A DNA stretch of 63,929 nucleotides, filler included, from Hausera hauseri (lineage: Eukaryota): assembly GCA_046269625.1 (NCBI GenBank). It is 13 parts of 13 records of this genome, joined end to end, with 100 filler letters (N's around TTAATTAATTAA, not from the genome) between each part and the next. Parts side by side here need not be neighbours in the genome. Positions count along the whole stretch, not along the records: positions 1 to 4,621 come from JBJURY010500353.1; positions 4,722 to 8,975 come from JBJURY010674329.1; positions 9,076 to 13,745 come from JBJURY010481798.1; 10 more parts are not named here. One strand, given 5' to 3'. The notes under the pieces are model-generated. The model was not told where the DNA came from and ran no database searches. It was given only the letters and a program-made list of their open reading frames with translations. Positions 1 through 12,324 of the stretch are shown in pieces. Made by a program: the position numbers and the translations under genes. Each line of letters starts with the position of its first letter. The first letter of the stretch is position 1.

Positions 1-1599
1 GCCTGAAAATACACTGTTGCCAAGAGGACCCTCTTACATGTATACCGGAACTAAATAAAGCAGTTACAATCAAATGAAGCAGCCATTTTCATGCCAATAG
101 TCCTTTTCAGAACTGGCTGCAAGAGCCACTCGCTCGCAGCATAGGGATTCGTAACATCAACAACATGAGTATCTTAAAGGTAGATTATCTGTATTTAACA
201 TCTGTAATTACTAACGACTGTAGAATGTGATCTGGTTTTCTTTGCAAAAAAAAAAAAGTCACATGACCCTCTCGTAAACTTTGGAACGTTCTGGTATTTT
301 CCCCCGTACTCGTCACCTCGGGCGCGTTTCCAATAGAATCATCAAACCTGTGGCACTACGTTTATGTGAGAAAATCATAGTGCCCGGTACCTGGGCTCTG
401 TCTGGAAGCCAAAATTTGCTTGCATCGATTCTTGGTCACCTTTGAAGTAGAGGATGTCAATAATTTAACCCTGTAACTAGAACCCGTCTGTGGCCAGGTC
501 TGACTACTTCTTGGATGGCTGCAAATTATAGTTACTCTTTTTGACTAGTGTTTTTCTTAATGTTATTTTCATTCTTTCTGCCTCTTAATATGCAGTGTTA
601 TTTTTCATTCCTTCATTATTCCGACTTTAAATTGTATTTCCGTTTCTTGCCTTGTGTACCAGCTTTTGCTTGGACGTTGTCTCCAGTTCGCCTTACTCTA
701 TATTGTTTGTGTTTTTATGCTTAATAATTTACAGATTCAATATATTGCATGATACATGTTTTCATAACTGTTCCTTCTTTCTTGTTTTCCGTCCTTCCTT
801 TCTCTTTTCTTTTCCTTTACCGTTTCGTTTCGTTCTTATTTATAAGCGCCTCTCTGTTAAATATTTCGTCTGTGTCTGTCCTTTTTGTTTTATAAATATT
901 ATTTCTTCGTTACTTCTCGACTTCCTTGCATCTGCATGTCTCTGGCTCCTTTCGGTTACTTGTACGTTCATGATTTCCTTGATTTATGTTGTTTCTTCCA
1001 TTCTGTTTTTGTAGCAAGTTTTTTTTTTTGCATTCTTAAAGGTAAATTCATGCAGCCGAAAATCGTGAAACATGCTGTGGAATGGTGTTGCTTCTCCGTA
1101 ACTGACGGAGGGAGTACCTGGATGTTTATTTTTAGATTCAAAGTCCTATGGGTCCTAAGGTGTGATCAAGATAATCAATCGTTTAGCAAAAAGCACCTAC
1201 GTACCATGCCTAGACGAACAGCAAATATGTTTTCGTCTATTCTTGATCACAGAGTCACTAAATCTACTGCGTTTTTACGAGAATCTTTTTTTTTTTTTTG
1301 GGAGAGGGTTACCTCCCGGCACTCAATTTACTCATATCTTTGCCCCGTATTTCAAAGATTTTTATAGGAATTTTTGAAACATTAAAAGAAGTCAACAAAA
1401 TTTGACATTGTAATTTCTTAAAACATTTTTCATTGTTATGATGCAAGTAGAACTCTACAATTTCGGTTATTATTCGTCTTCGTTTATTAAATTTTTAATA
1501 AATGTTTATGTCGGGGGGGGGGGTTGATTTCAGAATATTAATTACGCTGAATATTTCGCTTCTAACAACGATCCAGAAGTTGTAATTTTTAAAGCTCGT

Positions 1600-2940
1600 C
1601 GAATAACAAAATCAAACTTCAGCAGCATTTTGCCGATTCAAAAATCTTGCTTCATCAACCTGCAATTGGAAATGTTTTCTCAATCGGAAAACCCGGACGT
1701 CAGTGAGTTTGTTAGTAGGAAAATTTTACTTTAGGAACGTTAAACCAAACTGAAGATCTAACTTTAGTAGTATTTTGCTGATACAAAAGTCTTACTTTGG
1801 GTACGTATTATCGGACATCGGCAACGTTTTACTGATCAAACATCGGGTATTGAAAGGTTTTAGTAGCGCAATTTTTTTTATTTTATCCCTTCCTAAATAA
1901 CACTATCTCAAACAGTAGAATCGGAGTTCAGCAACGGTTTACGGATCAAAAGATCGGATTTTGAGGGCGTTTGTTACTATAAAAATCGTACTTTAGTGAT
2001 ATTATGCTAAACGGAAAATCGAACTTGGAACAACACTTTGCAGCCCGGAAGATGCATTCTCAGAGTATTTTTCCGAGCAATAAATAACGACATCGTAGAA
2101 TATGAGAAATTTCGCAAAGTGGATTTTGGCTACAAGTTGGTCTTGTACCAGTTTTCTATTGTAGAATATTTCTGCAGTGTTCCCCAAAAGAAATTTTGAA
2201 ATATTTTCGAAAATCATTATAAATTTTAACATTTCCTCATTCTAATGGTGAATCTTCTGTTTTTCTTCCGCGTTTTGAAAAAAAATCTTCCTTTTTTAAA
2301 AAAAAAAAATGCAGCTGTGGAAAAGCCTCGTTTGGGAAACGGAAGTTCGATCTTCAGCAGAAACAGCCTTGGTTGCTGATATAGAAATCTTACTTCGGGA
2401 ACGTGCGATCGGTAAATCGAACTTCAGAAACATTTTATCGATCGGAACATAGGATGTTGAGTGATTTTGCTAGTACGAAATTTTACTTTTAGAACGTTAT
2501 GCCAAACGGGAGATAAATCCCGAGGAACGTTTTGACAAAAGTCTAACTTTAGGAAGTCCGATCCAAAATTCGGACTTTGGCAGTATTTTACCTATCAGGA
2601 CATCGATTGTTGAGGGGTTTTGTTAGTGTGAAAGTCGAATTTTAGGTCTAGTATGCCAAACGGAAAATCGGGCTTGAACAGTGTTAAGCTTCATTTACAC
2701 TGAGCCGCTTTTTCCGCGAATTCCGTACATTCGCTAGTTGCGTCACTCGTTTTTCCTCGTTCATTGGTCGAGCTGGCTTATCACCATGGAGACTAGCCGC
2801 GCGACCGCCTCCACCGGGGTAGTGTAAATGAAGCTTTATGCCATTCGGAAGATGAAATTTCACTAATGGTTTGCTTATCAGAAAATCGGCAGAATTCTCC
2901 GAAGAGACCTTATTCGGCAGCAGCAATTGCTGATTTTAAG
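1600..2940. repeat. Highly degenerate tandem repeat with ~30-bp subunits
   Basis: Recurring motifs such as AAATCGAACTT, TTTTACTTT, ATGCCAAACGGAAAATCG and GTTTTGTTAGT at roughly 30-bp spacing, interrupted by two insertions. Confidence 0.55.
2687..2835. mobile_element. 149-bp PIF/Harbinger-type MITE
   Basis: Perfect 15-bp TIRs AGCTTCATTTACACT / AGTGTAAATGAAGCT, flanked by a TTA duplication (2684-2686 and 2836-2838). Removing it restores the surrounding repeat motif GTTATGCC. Confidence 0.8.
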
Positions 2941-3070
2941 TTTTTGACAAGGTATGATTGTATGTTTTCCCATTTATTTCTTTTAAATTGGCTGATTTGT
3001 CAGTATATGTTGTGCTATTTGGGACAAATTTTTAAAACTGGCCATACAAACAGGTGCTCTGCATTTATTG

Positions 3071-3786
3071 GTTAGATAAAGATGTTGAAGAATTTTCTGA
3101 GGTTTTTACCAAAAATATTGAGACTGAAAGTGAAAATCAATCTATAAAATATGACAGAGTTGATATTTATTGGGCTAAAACGTACTGACACCCACACAGG
3201 AGCTCAGAAATACAAGACATTGCCCAACTTAATAAAAGCATGCCTTTTACTATCACATGGCAATGCAGATGTTGAACAAGGATTCTCTATAAATAATGCT
3301 ATTGTTTCATCAGAAAGAGCAAACTTGGCTGAAAAATCAATTGTTGGGTTGAGGCATGTTAAAGATGCTATTCGAAGGCATGAGAGCATTTTGAACATTA
3401 CAATAACAGCGAAATTATTAAATTCTGTTACAAAATCATATTCAGTGTATAAAGAAGATAAATTGAAAGAAATAGAATGTGCTAGAAAAGAGGCACAAAA
3501 GCGTGCCCAATCTGAGTCACAGCATTAAAAAAAAAAAATAAATAAATAAATTAAAAGTGAAACCAAAGAAAAATTAGTGGATATGCAAAATAATGTAAAG
3601 TCATTAAAAGATGACTTAAATGCAACACAAGCTTTATTAAAAGAAGGCAATGACCGCTTGCAAAATGCAATTCAAACAAAAGACTACAAGGAAATAAATG
3701 TTGTTTCTGCAATGATAGAATGTAGCACAAATAAAGTTAAAACTCTAACTAAAAAACTTTCTGAAGTTGAAAAAAAGTCAAAATAA
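3071..3786 (+). pseudogene. hAT-like transposase C-terminal fragment (dimerization region plus coiled-coil tail), frameshifted
   Basis: YDRVDIYWAK, then a frameshift to KYKTLPNLIKACLLLSHGNADVEQGFSINN...ERANL. This resembles the hAT C-terminal dimerization motif. Confidence 0.7.
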
Positions 3787-4621
3787 AGTTCTGCTGGAGA
3801 TATTTTTTTACTCTTATATTTCATAACACAAAATATAGTAAACAAGTGTATATGCATTTGCATATAAATAATTCCTATAAAATTCCTATATTCTCTCGAA
3901 AAAATTCCTATATTTCCTATAATATTTACTACAAATGTCACTTCTATGCCTGTAATTGTAAATGCCATTTAAATTGCATTTTGATTGGTGATATTAAAAT
4001 GGGCTATTATGTTCTTCGTATGTTATACAGGAAAATGCAATCAAAGAAAAAGTATTTTGAAATTTTAGAGGTCTTGACCCCTTTCAGTAACGTGCACTTC
4101 TCACAGTCCAACTTTGACATTCAGAGAGTCAGAAGCAATCAGACTTCTGTGGCGGTAATAAAAGTTCAAACATCACTCCACCAGTCCTAATTAAAAGTTG
4201 ACCTGGCTTCTATCCTGATGATTAAGTGTGTTGCGTCTCATGTTGGAAAATGATGCATGGCATATATCCAACTCCATTAATTAGTCACTCAAAATCTTTT
4301 GTGCAAAAATTTGTTCATGCAACACCTAAACTTGTATCCAACTCTCAAAGAGCAGCTGGAGCAGAATCTCAATCAGTCTGCAAAGGAAAGTGTGCTCATT
4401 TCTTCACTAGGGTAAGGAAAAATAAAAATTCCTGAAAATATTTGTCTCTGCCAATTTTGGATATTGTATTCTAACAAGCACAAGATATTTGTATAACTGG
4501 GGAAACATGTAAGCCTCTGCAGAAAGGGATGATTAAATGTAAGCATTTCTAAGTTCATTGATTTAAGAGCCAAAATAAAACCAAAGAAACATTTATTCAT
4601 TTGGTTATTATGTGTTCTGAA

Positions 4622-4721
4622 NNNNNNNNNNNNNNNNNNNNNNNNNNNNNNNNNNNNNNNNNNNNTTAATTAATTAANNNNNNNNNNNNNNNNNNNNNNN
4701 NNNNNNNNNNNNNNNNNNNNN
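4622..4721. other. Artificial contig-joining linker (44N-TTAATTAATTAA-44N); first of 12
   Basis: Identical linkers at 4622-4721, 8976-9075, 13746-13845, 18510-18609, 25083-25182, 29795-29894, 34292-34391, 39358-39457, 44740-44839, 49200-49299, 55049-55148 and 59490-59589. The 12-mer gives stops in all six frames. Adjacency across linkers has no biological meaning. Confidence 0.98.
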
Positions 4722-6375
4722 TGATAATCACTAAATGTTTTAGCTGCAGTGTATGAAAAAAATCCTTTTCCCTTAATGATGTCAGATGGGAAAGCCGTTT
4801 CTGTCAAATTGGTATTTATCTAAGTTGCAAGCCAAAGTCTTAAGTGAAGCCGGTAAAAATTGCAACAAGTTTAGAAATCGAATAGAAACGGACTTTTTAA
4901 ATGAACATTGTATATTTGCCCACAAGGTTAAAAATTTCTCTGTCGTTTGTGGAATAACATTTAATTTCCAACTGCGGAATTTACTCAATGCGTGTTTTAA
5001 AATATGATGAAGATCATATCCACACAAATTGTGAAAAATAACAGGTAAATTGTATCTGATCTGTCATGTTAAGTTACATTTGTTACAAGCAGGGCCTAAG
5101 AATTTACCTCTAACATGGCAGTGATCCCTAACAAATTGAGAACCAGTTTCATGACAGAGGTAACATGATGTAGCTTTTTTAAACCTATACCATTTAGCTG
5201 AATTTAACTGGATCATCGGTTTTTTTAGCATTCTCATATCATGGGAAAACTAGGGTTTTAACAATTTCCTCTAAACATGCCAGAAACTCAACTATAGAAT
5301 TTTCACCTCAAAATTGCCTATATTCAATACATGTTGATGAAACTAGTAAAAGACCGGCTGCAGCAGGAAATGAATATGTTTAACCTTATCGTCAGTGCAA
5401 AGAACCAATTCAAAGTCAGTATATACGACAAAAAAAGGACTAATAGATTTTGACCAGTCCTTAAATTCGCAAAACTTATTTTCGGGCATTTTGTATAAAG
5501 TCATACACTTGGAAACAGACATGCACATTGGCAAATGTTTAGTGTAAGCAGTGTCTAGCCTAAAGCCGTGTAAACATTTGTCACACCAATGTATACATTG
5601 AATGCGTAATTTCATACTGTTCATATTTAATAGTCGCTTGAGGTTGGGAAAAGCAACATAGTGAAAGTGATCATTATTCTCCAGAATTAGCAAGTTTACT
5701 ATAGCACCATTCGGATTTTTGCTGCAATACAAAATATCAACAAATGGGTTTTCACTATGTCCTCATTAAAATCCACATCATCCTCCTCATTAAACAAAAG
5801 ACTTTAATTGATAACTGTGGATTCTGCCTCTCAAATTTACCTATGTTGCATATTTTCACCGACATATCATCTACAGAATATTTCAGCTTGCTTAAATAAA
5901 AAATGTAATTGCTAACTCTACACCTATTAATGTCAATAGAAGAATACTTGGCGACTGCAAGAATGGAGTATAAGAAACACAGATTGTCGTTATTCTGTAC
6001 ATTAACAACAGCCGTTGCATTTCGTAAGGCTTCAGGTGTTGGAATTTAGGGCTTATCAGCCAAGTAGGATAGTGGGCTTATTTTAACTATATGAAATCCG
6101 TATTTCAGAATCTTAACTATTTTCCACCCACTACCCATTTTAGCAAAGTTATCTATTTTCTCATGTAAATTATCGGCTACAGATTGTGGAAAAGATTGCT
6201 CATAAGGCACGGCTCGTTGAGAAATATAAGCTTCCTTAGTGTCGCCCTCAGCATTCTCAAACAGAATTTCAATACCGTACTGAACCTTACAAGAAGAAAA
6301 TCGAGAAATGTACAAGTCAAAAGTAGTCAAAATTTCCTCAAGTGGTCGAGTAGAAATAAGAAGTTCGGGTGCCAC
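4722..6375 (-). pseudogene. polB: Polinton/Maverick protein-primed DNA polymerase B, N-terminal half (EndoVII-like insert, exonuclease II motif); truncated by contig end
   Basis: Manual translation across stops and frameshifts: KMGSGWKI; AVVNVQNNDNLCFLYSI; VNLLILENNDHFHYV; HWCDKCLHGF; FVVYTDFE; SCYLCH...VRDHCHVRGKFLGPACNKCNL; VIFHNLCGYDLHHI; IRFLNLLQFLPASLKTLA. Confidence 0.92.
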
Positions 6376-6925
6376 ATCAAAACAAAGATTAACATAATTA
6401 TTGCAAACAACAGATTGTACATCGAGTCTTATCTATTGTCCAATCATTTTAATCATCGATTGATTGTTTCATGACAGTCTTCTTATTTTATTTGATTGTC
6501 CGCTTAATTGGTTGCCGTTGTTGTTGAAGGGATAATGTTGTTGGCAATTGTTGATCTGCTACAAATTGTCTGGCCATGTTTATCATTTCTTTGTGTTCTC
6601 AAACGATAGTTTTTTTCGGTTTCTTGAAGTATAAGATGATGTTGATGTTTTTGCCGAAATTCATGGAATTGTAAACTGGAAAAAACTTCACAGTTTGGAC
6701 ATATAGAAAATTGGCACCCGCTGATTTTTGGGCCATAGTATTTTGACACTGTTTCTTCACATGTTTCTGGCGAATTAACATCAGCAGTACAATAATTGAA
6801 ATTGCAAATCTAAAATGTGTTATTAAATTAAACACAATAATGAATAGTAATATACCATTTTTAGCAAGTTGAATCGCATTTCGAAAAAAAAGTAATTTTA
6901 ACATTTTATTTATAGTAATAATCAG

Positions 6926-6994
6926 CCAATCAAATTTCAGCCAATGAAGTTTTTGCCAATCAAATTATAGCCAATGAAATTTGCAGGGTATAAG
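6926..6994 (+). promoter_or_regulatory. Four CCAAT boxes at exact 15-bp spacing, followed by TATAAG
   Basis: CCAAT at 6926, 6941, 6956 and 6971 (two 30-bp units); TATAAG at 6989. Lies upstream of the Polinton ORFs. Confidence 0.45.
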
Positions 6995-7060
6995 AAGATT
7001 GAAATAACTTATCTAAGTGTTGTAACGGAAAACCTCGTGATACAAGAAACTTCAAACAAT

Positions 7061-7401
7061 TTATATTAAAATGAAATGAGATAAACGAAACAACAACACA
7101 TAAATATATAATAACATTTACTAATTGTTATCTAAAGTATTACTGAAGTATTACTTATATTGTATAAGCAAATGTAGCATGACACAAAGACATTTATTAT
7201 ACAGCAACAACTGAAAACAAACAACTTATATTAAACTGAAATGTGATAAACGAAACAATAGAAAATAAATATCTATTAACAATTACAAATTGTTATCTTA
7301 AGTATTATTGAAGTATTATATTGTATAAGGAAATGCAACATGACACAAATACATTTATTATACAGCAACAACTAAAAAAAAGTATATTAAACTGAAATGT
7401 G
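7061..7401. repeat. ~165-bp AT-rich direct tandem repeat (2.1 copies)
   Basis: TTATATTAAA(A/C)TGAAATG...ACAGCAACAACT units start at 7061 and 7226; a truncated third copy starts at ~7383. Confidence 0.85.
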
Positions 7402-9075
7402 AAAAAGTAGTGAGAAAATGGAGGTTCTGCCGCACCCCCGAGGGTGTGCGAATCGATATTGCACATGTGCCAATCGATAGTGCACCCGGAGCATTATCAA
7501 TCCATAGAGTGCTAGGCAACGGTGCCGCAAGGCACCGTTGCTAGGAACACTTTTGCACTTTTGACAAATCGATCGCTGCATAGTGCAATATTGATTGAAT
7601 CGACCGGAACAAAGTGCTAATCGATACGGCACATCGAGATGCATCGATTGGTGTACAGTGCAGGTGTGCAAAACATGTGCAAGTGTACAAAAATCAATAA
7701 TATCGGATTTCCGGTAAATCTAAAATCGATGATTAGCACTCAGGACCAGGTAAAATTGGTATTACACACGACGGGCTAAGTAAATGTGCAAATAGAATTT
7801 AAATCGGTTGATTGGTTTTCGAATAATTCTCAAGTGAGGCAAAACTGCCACAGGCCTTTCCTCTATAAATTTTAAATCAATAACATCAATATGGCACATG
7901 TAGTGCCGGGTGCAGTACTTGATATAGTATCGTTCAGTGCACAACTCGAGTGTGGTGTGCACTTTTCACTTTTCACACTTTGGTCATTGTGCAGCGCATT
8001 TGTGATGGAAATGATCGGGGTCAAGTGCAAGTGGATAAAGCACATCAAAATGCACTTTGATATATCTCGTGCAGTGCAAAAAGATGTGTGCGAAATATCG
8101 AATTTCCAATATTTCCAATATGGATGATTAGGACATGTGTCCGGGTGCAATCGAAAAGAAACACGGTGTAGTATATGAATGTGCAGTTATAATTTAAATT
8201 TATCTATTAGTTATTGATTAATATCAAACCAAATTGCAAATTGGTAATATATTCAACATGTTTTTAGTGCTAAGGAAGCAAAATTCGATATAACATTGAG
8301 CGGGGACAGATAGGAAATCGGCTATGATGAGTTCGAATGTCGAGTCGAAAGTTCGAAATTCGAAGATTTTCGAGCTTGAATATCGATGTTCGAATTATTC
8401 AAAAAATCTAACAGCGCGAGTCGATTCCCCGTATTCGAAAACGCCAAGCGCACAAAATTTATAATGTGACAATGTATTAGGAAATGCTGTATAATAAACC
8501 ATGTGTAACCACGATTGATTATAGCTTTGAAGCAACTTTGAGTGCAGTGACAGCATCTAATCTGAGCACAGATGTACAATGAGATGTTATGTCTCATTCT
8601 AATCTTCCAATGATCACGAGTTTGTACAAGCCTAAAAGGCTTCTAAGGTCAACAAGGTCCTATTCCACTCTACAAGCAATTACATCTTGTAAATGTCAGC
8701 ACGCACAGAGGGCCGAGAAAAATCAAGAAGGTTGCATGGCCTGCCACTCGTATTCCCAATGCCCACACAAAGCATGTTCAGATCAGATCTGTTTATTTTA
8801 TGCCCTCTGCACTTAAAAATAAATGTTAGAATTATTTAAAGATGCATAAATAGTACGACAAATGTTATGATTTTAAATCTGTTATCTGAAATAATTTGTA
8901 TACTTAGAATTACAAAATAGATTTAGAAGCTGAAATTAAACGGCTCACAAATGAAATATGCAGTGGGAAAATAGANNNNNNNNNNNNNNNNNNNNNNNNN
9001 NNNNNNNNNNNNNNNNNNNTTAATTAATTAANNNNNNNNNNNNNNNNNNNNNNNNNNNNNNNNNNNNNNNNNNNN

Positions 9076-11333
9076 CGTCAGAAGAGGCAAATATCGTATC
9101 TGACCACATTTAATTTTGAAATTAAGCATCTAAACGGAGTCGACAATTTAGTAGCCTACTTTTTGTCGCAATCGGTCAGCTCGATTGATTTTACACAAAT
9201 CTTCCTTCAATCCAAACTTCAACAAAACCAGCCACCTCCTGACATCCATAAATTTTTTAAATCTTGCAAAACCATCGATGGTGTAGCCTTTGCACCTCCA
9301 AACCTAATAATCCTAAAGTCATCCTTTCTGAATCGCTTCAAAAAGAAGCATTCAACAGCATCTATTCGTTGCATCATTCCGGTGCCAAGGCCACTTTTCG
9401 ACTCTTACAACGCCAAGTAGTACGGCCGTCGATGCGCTCTGACGTGCAGGCACGGGTTAGGAAATGTGTGGCATGCCAAAAATACAAAGTTACAAAGCAC
9501 TTAAAGCCACCACTGTATCATTTTTCCTGCACGTCTAGTTTTGAATCTGTTCACATTGATCTTGTAGGCCCATTACCGTTAGACAGAAACCATCAGTTCA
9601 TTCTCACAATGATGGACCGTTCCTCGCGATGGCCAGAGGCTGTCCCGGTTCGGAGCACCAACACAGAAACAATCGCAGAAGTTTTCATCCGCACTTGGAT
9701 CAGCAGCTTTGGATCACCTCGCAACATCATTTCGGACCAAGGCCCACAGTTCAAATCCAACCTGTTTAAAACTCTTGTCAATCGATTGGGAATTAACCAC
9801 ATTCACAAGTCACCATATAATCCTCAATCGAATGGCCTTCTCGAACGCTTTCACCGAACGATGAAAACGTCTCTCAAAATCCTTGCTTAGTCCAATCGCA
9901 GTTGGACTACACTCTTTCCGTACGTTCTGCTTGGCTGGCGGAACACACTATCAATTTCTACAGGCTGTTCGCATGCAGAAGCATTATTTGTTACTTCTAT
10001 TAGATCATTATTCGAGCTGGCTGAGCTGGACAATATTCCTACAGATGAAGCCATACAGACGGCTCAGAGACACTTCATCGACATAAGCAAAGACTCATTT
10101 TGTAGACTATTATACGGAAATAAACCTTACACGCCCGACGATATATATACTGCCAAGTTCGTATGGCTGAACAATCAGATGCCGTGTGGTTTTCAACCTC
10201 AGTATGTTGGCCCTTACAAGGTAATTCGTTTACTCTCTCAAAACATCATCATTCTCAAGGACAACAAAGAAGTAACAGTCCACGTCATCAACGCCAATCC
10301 AGCTTTCTTCATTGACGACCCGTCTCCCATCGAAACCACTTTTCCACTAACATCTTTGCACGACGTGCAGCAATCCAACAAGTCAACTTCCATCGCTGCT
10401 CAATTTCTTAATCAACTTTTACCTACATTTTCTCCCAAAACTTCTGCTTCAATTTCTTCTGACAATTCAGTCTCCTTTTCCCCATCCGATTTTGCACCTT
10501 TAAGCCTTCTAACACCTCCTCCATCCCCTGGTGACAACTTGCTTTCTCCCTTTGCAACACGTCCTCCGCCAAATACCTCTTCGACTTCACCAATCTCTTC
10601 ATTCTCTAGCTGCCTTCCGTTTTGTCCCTCTTCTCCGTCTTCTATCTTTCTTTTTCTCCTTACACGCCTTCCTAATCTTCGGCGCTATCTTCGTCCCTGT
10701 CTTCTCACACATCGTCTTTTACCACTTTCATTTTCGCTTCACAACTTCCTCCTCTCTCTGCTTCTATCCCCATCTCTTTTCCTCTCGCCATTACTACCTC
10801 TGTTTCATCTTCCACTTCCACTCTTTTGCCTGATAAAATTCCAAATTCTACTCCAATATTTGTCTATCCTCTTTTATCCGCCACTACACCTCTTTTCAGC
10901 CCTTTGTCTTCAAACGCTTTGTTAAATACCTTTAACCATCCGTCTCCAACAATCTTTCCTCCTCCTTCACCTTCTTCTTCTCTATATTCTGACTCATCTT
11001 CGCACGACACATAACTCAAAACAAAATCTGATAATTTTTTCCCCATCTTCAAACTCTGCAAGCAAACACAGAGTCACATTTAGCAAATGTAGCAGGGAAA
11101 AATCAGTAGAACACACCCAACGTCTTGTCCACACTAAGACCACCTGACACATACATTTTTCCGTTTAGCGCTTGTTTCTTTCAGTCTGTTTTAATTTTTA
11201 TAGTTTTCTTTTTGTCACGGGAAGAGGGGTGATGTGATGCCCACAGCGGCCGATACCCTTTGGCCCATTTGACTGGGCACGTCCGGGCGTCCGTTGCTGT
11301 CGCGTCGGATACTTAGTCGGGTCAGACTCCCCA
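9076..11333 (+). mobile_element. Ty3/Gypsy LTR retrotransposon 3' part (RNase H end, integrase, long 3' region, PPT, 3' LTR); degenerate; same family as 59590-63370
   Basis: HHSGAKAT...CVACQK zinc finger; VHIDLVGPLP; ISDQGPQF; PYNPQSNGLLERFHR; YVGPYKV; PPT GGGAAGAGGGG at 11219; TG...CA LTR-like segment at 11233-11333. Confidence 0.93.
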
Positions 11334-11675
11334 AAGAAAGTTGGAATTAAAATATCCAGATCTTCTCGTGGCACGTTAAAATCCACATTCTTCATTTCCC
11401 ACATCAAAATCACCACTTTTGAATTGTCGAAACCGAATTGTGCATTTTGGTTCTGCTAGAACATGTTTACCATAAGCTTCGACAAGCACTCGATGAGTCT
11501 CAGCTGTACTTTTCTACAAAGGAAACAAAACGTAATGAAATCCGCAAATCATGATTTTCTGGCACAAAATTTTGACATTTTAACGCTATAAACTGTTCTT
11601 GTTTAATAGTTGGAATATTATTTACATCTACAATCGATAACACCAATTGATTTCATTTTTCATTTAATTTTGCTA

Positions 11676-12324
11676 ATGGCTGGGTTTGATCAAGGAGGAG
11701 TCTATTATTCACAACCAATAAGTGCTGAAAACGATTCAGAAAGTTCTCCACGTTCTATTCTAACTAAGTCAAAGTTTAATAAATTTATTAGAACTTTCAA
11801 ATATGGCTCATTTGACTATGTTTATTTAGATGTATTGAAACGCAATACAAACAAAAAATTACTCGATTCTCATAGATTTGGATGATTTGTGTAAATTTGG
11901 TGATAGGTTGTACAACCGTCTAGTATCTAAACCCGTTGCATATTTGCTTTTTCTGGAGGAAGTCGTCAATGCTATTGTCGATAAAGTAACGAAACCAAGA
12001 TTAGACGACACCAAAATACCGAGTATTCAAATACTTTTGAAATGGAACGCAAAACCCGACAGTTTACGAAATCTTGAATCTAAAAATGTAGCCCGATTAG
12101 TAAAGAGTTCAGGAATCTACATTGCATCATCGGATATTCAATCTAAAGCTGTTACACCAACATTGCAATGCCGTGGTTGTCGACAATATTTACCTAATAT
12201 TAACGTTAAAAGTGGTCTGAACGGTTATGTATTACCACGCAAGTGCACTGCTGCAACTGCTAATGTGAGAGTTGGTGTTCATTCTGCAATAAATCCGTGT
12301 CCGGTGGATCCGTATTTTATGTAA
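11676..12324 (+). pseudogene. MCM5: MCM5 N-terminal fragment with a frameshift near an A-run (~11860)
   Basis: MAGFDQGGVYYS...FNKFIRTF...DLDDLCKF...VTKPR...IQILLK...LRNLES..VARLVK..GI...LQCRGCR...GLNGYVLPRKC...CPVDPYF matches the MCM5 N-domain and Zn finger. No downstream AAA+ exons are recognisable in the contig. Confidence 0.9.

Noticed and set aside
652-1377. Hydrophobic F/L-rich ORFs as membrane proteins
   Set aside because: They are a by-product of T-rich low-complexity DNA with no recognisable motif.
8300-8816. TTCGAA-rich patch and YKPKRLLRS (L2/CR1-like C-terminus)
   Set aside because: Too short and degenerate to support a call; no termini found.
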